Positions 5,982-13,051 of a DNA stretch of 13,051 bases are shown piece by piece (position 1 is the stretch's first letter; each line of letters begins with the position of its first letter). Origin of the DNA: Synechococcus sp. Its GTDB lineage: Bacteria; Cyanobacteriota; Cyanobacteriia; Thermostichales; PCC-7336. The translations under genes and the position numbers were made by a program. The stretch covers positions 1 through 13,051 of the forward strand of contig JBFRWD010000016.1 of the NCBI GenBank assembly GCA_051439425.1, written 5' to 3'. The notes beneath the pieces were generated by a model. It was given only the letters and a program-made list of their open reading frames with translations, was not told the DNA's origin and searched no databases.

Positions 5982-8919
5982 AGTGATTTTGCCCTCATCA
6001 ATTTAAGCAGTCTGGAGCTTCGGCTAAGGCGGTGCGAGGCAGGATGGTAAGACTACTCAAGGAATTATCCCGTTAGGGTAGCGCTAAACTCGATGCTTTC
6101 AGCTTTCGATCTATTTGTCGGTGAATTCAGGCTTTAAAGTATTGGGATTCCGAGCAGTATGTAAGGCTGTGTCGCAAAAAGAATGAGAGGAAGTAAAGGC
6201 TTAATTGAGTCAATCGTTCCTCCGCCTTCGACTATACGGGAACACTTCCTCATCCACCCCCACCGTCGATACGCAACAGCCAAAAACTCAGAAATTGGCC
6301 CTGCTGAAGTTTCGACGACGATCTATAAACTCCCTGGCAATTCCATGCTTGAGAAATCCAAGGGAGGTTGTTCTACTAAAGCACTACATGGCCAATCCTT
6401 TGATAGTCTCCCCGGCAAAGCCGGGGCTGGCCTCAATATCAATTAGAAGGCAAGGATAGCTCCGCCGCTTTATCGAATTTTCCGGCTGCCGTGGGACTGA
6501 ACCATTGCCAAGTCGTCGCCACAATCCACTGCAGGGTCACGGACGGCCAGATGGAACCCGTCACTCGGTAGGCCAGCACGCAGGCCAGTCCAAGACCTGC
6601 CGCTAATCCCAAAAACACCGGCCGGAAGAAGGTGGGTCTTCCTTGAGGATAGACGGTTACAGCCAACAGCGGGTGGTACAGGACAAACAGTGCAGTACTG
6701 ACGATCGCCGCTATCAGCCAATTAGCATCGGAGGCCCGCTCTAAGGCATGGGGCAACAGTGCCACCCGAAACACCAGTCCATTAAGCAAAGCGGTATGAA
6801 ACAGGGTGGCCAACGCACGGCTCAGTAGAGTAACTGGATCCGTAATCACCATCGACCGCTGCAGCAACCCAGCCTGCAATCCCACGGGTACGGCAATCGC
6901 CACAAACAAGAACAAAATCAGCGCCGCCTGCAGCCACCCTCGCCAACTGGGCAGTTTGAGCGTGGCTACAATAGTTCGCTTCAGCAGAGTTGAGGCGAAG
7001 GGAACCTGCCCCAGCACGTCGGTAGGAGCCACCGGTAGGATCTGGGGATCGTTCCCCCCCACTTGGTTGGTCCGCAGGAACCACAGACTGGCTCCGTTTT
7101 GAAGAAAAATGCTGCTCAGTTCGTCATGGGCATGACGGGGCAACATCGTCGCCACGCTCTCCCATCCAGCCCGCAACTGAGGATTGCGAATAAACGATGG
7201 ATGGCGATCGATCCCCTGCAATCGTTCGGCATTACTTTGCCAATCCTGACGGACCGTTCCAAACGGTGCCAACGCCTCCAGCAAATCCTGTTCTAACTGC
7301 AACAGCGTCTCGAACCGCCGGGTTTGAGAATGGGTGGGATGCTCTTGCAACCACCGTTGAATCTCCGGATTGGCCAAAATTTGGCCTTTCAGTTGCTCGA
7401 TCGCGATATACAGTGCCTGGTTGGAATCCTGCACGCAAGAGGTCGACGGCGTCACAATTGCCACCCCCGTTCCGTCACCGGTGCGATACCGAGCCTCCAT
7501 CACCTGCAGTTGTCGCCGCAATTCGGCCAGAGGGGAAATGCGATAGCCATCGAAATCGTAATCTTGAGTGATGGCATCCAGCCGGACGATTGCATCCGAC
7601 ACGGGGCGACTGCCCAACCAGCCCCGTTGCAGGTTCCCCATGTAGTCCGCCCACGAAATCGGGCCAGAAACAATCCCGTTGGGATTGTGGGCGTACACCT
7701 GCTCGTAATCAACGGCTAACTGCAGCTCGTCCGCCAGCGGTTCCCGCACGACCGTTGATGTGCCAAAGGCAAAGTGGCCGGTGACGGTTCCTGCAGAAAT
7801 AGATTCTCCTAATTCTCCGCCAATCCCCCCGAACAGGTGAATGACCAACGCGCGATCGCCCTCTTGCCAAAAGTTTTGACCGAGATTGGCGTGGCGGTCA
7901 GGCCAGAGCGCCGCCGTTTGCTCCGTTCCTTTCAAGTGTTCGACCTGACGCCAATTCTGCCGAGCAATGTAGTGCAGCCCTGCTGGTTTGCCCGAGAGGG
8001 TACGGTCTGGCTGGAGTTGGAAGAGCGATCGCGGTTGAATCGCCCGCACAACAAAGATGTCGTCGGCAGAACGAGCCCCGTAAACGTACCAACCCCGATC
8101 CCCAGCAGGCGATCGCTCGATTTGGAATGGGGTAGAAGGCAAGCGACCGTTGCGATCGGCTGGCTGTTGGGGGATGCGCATTACCTCATCCGGTCCGTCA
8201 AATTGGCGGGTTTGACGATTAAAATGGCGCACGTGAAATATCTCGGCAGCACATCGCTCGTCGCTATAGCAGTCCGGTAGATTTTCAAGTTCCTCTAGCT
8301 CCCCCAGCTCCCCCTCCGCTAAAATTGGGCCTACGATGTCAACCAATCCGTAGAAGCGCTCCGGGACTTGGCGAGGCATGCGAGCAATGCTTAGGGTGCG
8401 CTCGCCGGCGATGTCTTCAGCGATCGCATCGCCATCGAGGGTTACCATCAAATCATCCAGCGGACGGGCCCCGGCTAGCGATTGCAGCGGCCCCACGTTC
8501 GAGCGGTACTCTAAACGCCAGGGGACAATATTGCCTTGACGGCGGGCATCGCGAGCTTCGGGGCCAAAGGTTATATCGGTACTAACAATCGGCAATAGCT
8601 CTTGTTCGCCGGGTAGCTCTTGCCATTTCAACCGGACCAGTTGTCCCACCCAAGCCTGCCGATCTGCAGGCGCGCTGTAAATCTCTATCCAGGCCCAATC
8701 GGAACTGGTGGGCCGATCGCCGCTCGATTGCGCCTCGTACTCCTGAGGAGCGGGCAACACCAAGCGCCCCACCCAATCCCCCACCGGGTGGTATTGCTGA
8801 CCGTCTATGTCTTGTTCTGACGGATAGTAATCGGACCGGTTAAACGGTTCGCGGACTGCAATTTCGTAGCTGGACGGGCGGTCGGCCTCCGGAGGACCGG
8901 GATGCAATATAGCGATCGC
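5294..8919. repeat. HIP1 octamers (GCGATCGC), 7 perfect copies
   Basis: Found by eye at 5294, 5854, 7852, 8025, 8109, 8420 and 8912, with many additional one-mismatch CGATCG cores. HIP1 is a hallmark of cyanobacterial genomes. Confidence 0.85.
6410..6426. terminator. GC-rich hairpin just downstream of the CPBP-domain gene (possible terminator or 3' stabiliser)
   Basis: CCCCGGC-AAA-GCCGGGG, a perfect 7-bp stem starting 13 nt after the stop codon at 6439. There is no U-tract. Confidence 0.4.
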
Positions 8920-8982
8920 CAGCACGACAGACAATGCTACCAGTAGCATGCAGGCCAATCGTTGCCGCCGCGATCGTGCCAC
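6439..8982 (-). CDS. Large membrane protein: N-terminal anchor, ~650-aa soluble domain, C-terminal CPBP/Abi (type II CAAX protease-like) domain with degenerate catalytic motifs
   Basis: 847 aa. Basic plus hydrophobic N-terminus. C-terminal TM bundle with CPBP-like segments ALLNGLVFRVALLPH, LFVLYHP, LGLACVLAYRVTGSIWPSVTLQW. The architecture matches the long cyanobacterial 'abortive infection/CAAX protease' proteins. Contains 5 HIP1 sites. Confidence 0.85.
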   Translation of the reverse strand: MARSRRQRLACMLLVALSVVLAIAILHPGPPEADRPSSYEIAVREPFNRSDYYPSEQDIDGQQYHPVGDWVGRLVLPAPQEYEAQSSGDRPTSSDWAWIEIYSAPADRQAWVGQLVRLKWQELPGEQELLPIVSTDITFGPEARDARRQGNIVPWRLEYRSNVGPLQSLAGARPLDDLMVTLDGDAIAEDIAGERTLSIARMPRQVPERFYGLVDIVGPILAEGELGELEELENLPDCYSDERCAAEIFHVRHFNRQTRQFDGPDEVMRIPQQPADRNGRLPSTPFQIERSPAGDRGWYVYGARSADDIFVVRAIQPRSLFQLQPDRTLSGKPAGLHYIARQNWRQVEHLKGTEQTAALWPDRHANLGQNFWQEGDRALVIHLFGGIGGELGESISAGTVTGHFAFGTSTVVREPLADELQLAVDYEQVYAHNPNGIVSGPISWADYMGNLQRGWLGSRPVSDAIVRLDAITQDYDFDGYRISPLAELRRQLQVMEARYRTGDGTGVAIVTPSTSCVQDSNQALYIAIEQLKGQILANPEIQRWLQEHPTHSQTRRFETLLQLEQDLLEALAPFGTVRQDWQSNAERLQGIDRHPSFIRNPQLRAGWESVATMLPRHAHDELSSIFLQNGASLWFLRTNQVGGNDPQILPVAPTDVLGQVPFASTLLKRTIVATLKLPSWRGWLQAALILFLFVAIAVPVGLQAGLLQRSMVITDPVTLLSRALATLFHTALLNGLVFRVALLPHALERASDANWLIAAIVSTALFVLYHPLLAVTVYPQGRPTFFRPVFLGLAAGLGLACVLAYRVTGSIWPSVTLQWIVATTWQWFSPTAAGKFDKAAELSLPSN

Positions 8983-9142
8983 AGCCTATCCCCATCACTC
9001 ACAAATGCTGACCAATCGTACTGCACGGCGAATTAGCTTCCTGCCAACCCTTTATCGCCAGTTAAGCCAGAGTGGTCTCAAGCAAGCTATCCGCTGCATC
9101 GCCAGTCCGATCCCGGTCCCCGAACATCACTTTAGGGTTCGA

Positions 9143-9191
9143 CACCCCCCCGTCCCTCTTTCAATATGGGAGAGGGACAGGGGGTGAGGGC
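9143..9191. repeat. REP-like dispersed palindromic repeat (CCCTCTCCC...GGGAGAGGG...GGGGGTGAGGG type)
   Basis: CACCCCCCCGTCCCTCT-TTC-AATAT-GGG-AGAGGGACAGGGGGTG(AGGGC) forms a long imperfect hairpin (9143-9186). It resembles a short intergenic repeat common in cyanobacteria and some proteobacteria. Confidence 0.65.
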
Positions 9192-9209
9192 TATTGTAGT
9201 CACTTAACC

Positions 9210-9262
9210 AAAAACATCATCAAATCGAGCAGATGTCTCTCGTACCTTGATGGTGTTTTTTT
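9210..9262. terminator. Long hairpin, probable (bidirectional) intrinsic terminator downstream of the 9312-9806 gene
   Basis: AAAAACATCATCAA (9210-9223) pairs with TTGATGGTGTTTTT (9247-9260) at 13/14 positions, with an inner CGAG/CTCG stem. A T-run follows on both strands. It lies ~50 nt after the minus-strand stop at 9312. Confidence 0.6.
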
Positions 9263-9311
9263 GTAATTCAGCCACTGGCTAGTGCACCACTCGCACCCAA
9301 GCAGGCTTGGG

Positions 9312-9806
9312 TTACCGTTGGCACTCGTTAGTTGCTGCGGCAACCCCCAGAACGTAGAGGGAGAAGGCATCCGCATCGGCTTCAGTTGCATTAATGATCG
9401 CCTCTTTGATCGGACCGGCATACTGTCCGCCCGCGTCTTCGCCTAAAGTCGCGAGGCTAGTCAAGCTGGTGTAATAGTCGTAAAAGTTCTCTCGCCTGGA
9501 CTCTACTGGAGTCTCGTAAATGGCGCAGAGTGCAGCAGCCACTTGAGCGTTGCGACCGGGGCTGCCAATCTCGGACAGATTTTTACCCAGCAACAAGGCA
9601 TTTTCAATCGTTTGAATCCCGAAATTGCCAAAATATCCAACGGCGTAGATAGCAATCGCTAACTCGCCTTCGTAGTCAAGTTCGCTAGCTTCGACAGTTC
9701 TAATATCTCGAGGTTCCTGAACTTCGATCGCAGAAACGATCGCCGAGCCCAATCCAAACGAAGCCGAGCAAAGGATAGCGGCTAGACCGAGCTTTAATTT
9801 CCTCAC
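9312..9806 (-). CDS. Hypothetical secreted/periplasmic protein (~164 aa)
   Basis: The ORF track starts at TTG 9827, but GTG 9806 has GGAG 8 nt upstream and gives a Sec-like signal (MRKLKLGLAAILCSASFGLGSAIVSA|IEV). The mature part is acidic and Ala-rich with two Cys. No family recognised. Confidence 0.7.
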   Translation of the reverse strand: MRKLKLGLAAILCSASFGLGSAIVSAIEVQEPRDIRTVEASELDYEGELAIAIYAVGYFGNFGIQTIENALLLGKNLSEIGSPGRNAQVAAALCAIYETPVESRRENFYDYYTSLTSLATLGEDAGGQYAGPIKEAIINATEADADAFSLYVLGVAAATNECQR

Positions 9807-9862
9807 AGCTTTTTCTCCGACTCGCAATTTCCCTTAGACATGCAACTTACAAGGTTTTCATG

Positions 9863-9906
9863 GCATTCAACCTCAAATTTAGGTTGAATGCTGTTTTTTA
9901 TTTTTC
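9863..9906 (+). terminator. Perfect 11-bp inverted repeat with plus-strand T-tract (terminator-like or operator)
   Basis: GCATTCAACCT (9863-9873), CAAATTT loop, AGGTTGAATGC (9881-9891), followed by TGTTTTTTATTTTTT. Confidence 0.5.
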
Positions 9907-10310
9907 GTTGAAACATTGCCAGGATTATGTGTCCCACAGGTTGAATTTTAATCCAAGAATTCTCAGATTATGTAAGTTTTTTCTGAAAAGCTCCGAGTCT
10001 CAAGCAACTGTCACGGTGGGGGACTGTGGGTAGAGCAGAGAGTAGAAAAGTCTGTTCGCCAGAGTGGAGTGGAGTATCGAACCCTTATATGTATATGAAA
10101 ACCCCGCAACCAGTCGCCAGAGAATAGAGGTGTTCTATAGTACAGGACAAGACATTGCCTTCGTCATCGCAGGGCACCACTTTGACTTGAACCATTCCCT
10201 TCCAAATCTAATTCACAGCAAGTGACACCCTGTTAAATCAGGCACAATTCCTGGGCCGACAACTCATCCCCGCATAATTTACAAGTAGCCTTAAATGTAA
10301 CGAGCTATGC

Positions 10311-11330
10311 CTAGCTGCTACTTTCGATGTGTTCGAATGGGATAAACCGGAAGACCAACTTGAACTCCTGACTGAGTCTTTCAGCAATATGCTCTTCGAT
10401 AAGTCTGACTTGATTTGAGTTTAATGCTTGTTCTCCAACAACCAATAGGATGACTTCTGGTGGAGAGGTTGACCAGTTAAAGTCACTGCTCAATAATTCA
10501 ATTCGTTGAAACGTCAAAGTGTCTTGAAGTAGAGCAACCTTGAGTTCCCGCTCGAGAATATCCTGCTTAACGAACCGTGCTCTACGTTCCATTAATGGGG
10601 AAAAACCGGCCACAATGATCCCTACTAATAGTAGTAACGCTCCCCGCACTCTGGAAGAACTAAATAACTTCCGTTGTTGAGATCTTTGTCCCATCAGGAT
10701 GAGGACGACCATGCAAGCTAAGGAAATACCGACTAAGTTGGTAATGTAAAGCGCCATTGCTCCTCGGGTCACCAGTATTTCTCTTTCGGCCAACCCGATA
10801 CCAGCTACACAGAGTGGTGGCATGAGTGCTACGGCAATGGCGACACCAGCTAAACTATCGGCAAGTTTTGGACGAACTCTTGCGTAAATAGCAATTGCAC
10901 CCGAGAAAATGGCAACAACTAAATCTAAAACATTAGGTCGAGTTCTCGCCAAGATTTCGCTGCCCAACAACGGAACGCGAATTGGAACCGCAATCGCATA
11001 CGAAATGAACAGGCCGATGAACGCCCCCACCAGGACCGAGCGGAGGGCATATTTGGTGAGCCTATTATTTTGCGTGAGAATTCCAAACGCCAATCCCCGA
11101 ATGGGAGATATGAGAGGAGCAACGATCATGGCGCCCACGATGACGGCAGCATTGTTTGCAATCAGGCCCATAGTTGCAATTCCAGCCGAGCCCACGCACA
11201 GCACTAAGTAGTTGAGGCTCAATCTCGATTCCTCGAGTAAGTCGGCATGCAGTATCTCAATCTGGCTGTCATCAATCAATGGCATTCGATTCGAACGTTT
11301 TTTGAATAGATTGGAAAGCGCTTTCAACAT
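10311..11330 (-). CDS. DUF389 (TIGR00341-like) membrane protein
   Basis: Motifs IATMGLIANNAAVIVGAMIVAPLISPI, EILARTRPNVLDLVVAIFSG, LAGVAIAVALMPPLCVAGIG and LYITNLVGI, plus a cyanobacterial-type soluble C-terminal tail. The start is uncertain: TTG 11378, ATG 11330 or ATG 11285. Confidence 0.92.
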   Translation of the reverse strand: MLKALSNLFKKRSNRMPLIDDSQIEILHADLLEESRLSLNYLVLCVGSAGIATMGLIANNAAVIVGAMIVAPLISPIRGLAFGILTQNNRLTKYALRSVLVGAFIGLFISYAIAVPIRVPLLGSEILARTRPNVLDLVVAIFSGAIAIYARVRPKLADSLAGVAIAVALMPPLCVAGIGLAEREILVTRGAMALYITNLVGISLACMVVLILMGQRSQQRKLFSSSRVRGALLLLVGIIVAGFSPLMERRARFVKQDILERELKVALLQDTLTFQRIELLSSDFNWSTSPPEVILLVVGEQALNSNQVRLIEEHIAERLSQEFKLVFRFIPFEHIESSS

Positions 11331-11653
11331 TTTAGGAACTTTATCGATTAATTTTGTTAAAACTGGGGTCTCAGTCAAAAGGAATTAATCTGACAAACTG
11401 AGTAACCCTTGACTTAAATACGTAGGTTGCACTAAATAAACTGTCCCCATTGTATGTCTAGCAATACTGCGCTCCTAAAGGGTACGAAAAATTCTTAGCT
11501 ATTCTGTCTTCTGCTGTTATAACTGCGAGCCCACTTTCAACAAACAGGTCGTAACTCACTTCACTTTCATCGAATTACGTACTGAGTTGGTCATATTCCA
11601 ACACAAGGTTACTCGTCTTGCATACACGATCTGAGATCTCAGAACCGAGGTTT

Positions 11654-12957
11654 TCATAAGTCAGGGATATGAAACAGTTCGAACAAGTAGCTCAGTTGTG
11701 CTTGTCGCTGGGGAATTAAATCATCTATATCTGAAGCATTATTTGCAATCTGCCAACTACTCGAGAGTTCTTCAAGAGCTTTTTCCAGCTGCCATTTATG
11801 CAAAAAGGACGTCCCTTCTAATTCAAAAATTGCAGCCAATTGCTCTGACATAAAGAGACTCTGGTCTAATACTGAAAGGGCGTCCGCAGCAACGCGCATC
11901 GGATGCAATTCAGCCAAGGCCAAGACCATGGTTTCCCTATCGAGATCCAGTCGGACACTTTCTCGTATCAGCGAACGAAACTTCACCGCACTCGATACCG
12001 ACTCATTCGTAAATTCCTCTAAAGATGCAGTATCGATACCTGCTTCCGCAAGCTGCTCTAATGCTGGAGTGGAGAGGCTGTAGGAGACCGGCTGATAAAC
12101 CTCCTGGCCGAAGACGTTCTGAACAACAAATAGCAACGTAAACCCAATCAGTGCTGATATCACTGGCGTCGTCACCCACCCCGAAGCAATACCTGCCAAA
12201 ACTCGCCACTTAATCTGACGAATCCCTTTCACTCCCTGCAGGAAGCCAATACCGATCACCGCTCCAATCACTGCTTGGGAACTGGAAACGGGAACGAGGG
12301 GGATCGGCGGTAAACCCATACTGACAAAAGCATTGGATAGTTCGGAGGAGGAAAAAACGAACAACACCAGCGAGTGGGCCACAACCACAACCAGAGCGCC
12401 AAGGGGGGAAAGGGTCATAACGCTCCCTCCCACCGTCATCATCACCCGCTTGGAATAGGTGATCACACCGACGGCTATGGCGAGTGCCCCCAGTAAAAAT
12501 AATTCTTGCACCGGATTGAGGGCGAAGGGGCCTGCAATATTAACTCCTTCAAAGGGGTTGGAATCGACAAACACACCCATAACATTGCCGATATTGTTAG
12601 CTCCTAATGCGTACGACCCAAAAATACCTGCAAAGATTAATCCTCCCCGAACGTTGTAATCTAACTGCAGTAAATGGGGCTTAGTGAGCTTAACCAACAT
12701 CACCAAAAGCTTGTAAAGAATCGCCGCAAAGATTGCTCCCAGAATTGGACCAAAGACCCAAGTTCCAACAATTTTGATTAGGCTTTGCAAATTGGTAATG
12801 GAACCGCTGAACCAATTCCAGCCCACTATCCCTCCCACCACCGCTTGGGTGGTTGAAACGGGCAGTCCTAACTTTGTCATCCACAACACGGTCAAGGCTG
12901 CAGATAGGGCCACAGTAAATGAACCACCTAAGGCATTAACGGCCCCAAGCGCACCCA
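11654..12957 (-). CDS. Inorganic phosphate transporter, PiT (PHO4) family, with C-terminal extension; 5'-partial
   Basis: Motifs LGLPVSTTQAVVGGIVG, YALGANNIGNVMG, YSKRVMMTVG, VPVSSSQAVIGAVIGIG, GWVTTP. The frame stays open upstream of GTG 12913 (LGALGAVNALGGSFTV) to the poly-G run, and the first GANxxxN signature is missing, so the N-terminus is lost. Confidence 0.93.

Positions 12958-13051
<94 letters not shown>

Noticed and set aside
6001..6060. Plus-strand C(UUCG)G hairpin and CTAAG...ATGG as a c-di-GMP-I or other known riboswitch
   Set aside because: The P1 GCAAA/GNRA elements are missing and the orientation is antisense to the downstream gene.
6410..6430. Hairpin as an IS200/IS605 end
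   Set aside because: Only superficial similarity; no tnpA/tnpB or partner end in the window.
6183..6459. Plus-strand ORFs 6183-6446 (87 aa) and 6205-6459 (84 aa)
   Set aside because: No recognisable motifs; they overlap each other and the end of the CPBP gene, and lie in the probable promoter region of the permease. Not supportable as genes.
8284..8314. Imperfect 9-bp tandem repeat encoding GELGELEELENL
   Set aside because: Short, degenerate and in frame; likely a low-complexity linker expansion.
6439..8982. Anti-phage system implied by the 'Abi/abortive infection' family name
   Set aside because: The name is a historical label for CPBP proteins; no defence-type domains or CRISPR repeats are visible in the window.
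9202..9270. Hairpin as an integron attC site (ACTTAAC/GTTAAGT at one end)
   Set aside because: The opposite end lacks the complementary core (GTAATTC rather than GTTRRRY), and there is no integrase or cassette array.
12589..12612. GANNIGN instead of GANDxxN as a sign of an inactive PiT
   Set aside because: To my knowledge, Asn at this position of the second signature occurs in other prokaryotic PiT proteins, and the first signature is outside the readable sequence.
208..12884. Numerous short ORFs nested in or antisense to the main genes (e.g. 1832-2341, 7324-7719, 7837-8280, 10909-11211)
   Set aside because: Shadow ORFs of well-supported CDSs with no independent family signal.

Overview
Cyanobacterial-looking genomic window: 7 perfect HIP1 octamers (GCGATCGC) and typically cyanobacterial gene architectures. 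In order: a 5'-partial DUF1400-type alpha/beta hydrolase (+), a methylglyoxal-synthase/diacylglycerol-kinase fusion (+), a ~1.07-kb IS1-family element with imperfect inverted repeats and two frameshifts (+), and an unannotated AT-rich SPFH/band-7 gene remnant cut off at the IS end (-). These are followed on the minus strand by a lactate/glycolate permease, a large CPBP(Abi)-domain membrane protein, a small secreted hypothetical protein flanked by long hairpins, a DUF389 membrane protein, and a PiT phosphate transporter whose 5' end is lost in a 94-nt poly-G run (probable sequencing artefact). The most notable points are two apparently degenerate catalytic domains: the MGS domain has D->E and D->N at catalytic aspartates, and the CPBP domain has EE->NG and H->Q. 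The large soluble domain of the CPBP protein carries a possible His...Cys (permuted papain-like) site, and there is a candidate structured leader on the permease. I cannot demonstrate a new multi-gene system from sequence alone; family calls are from motif recognition, not database searches.
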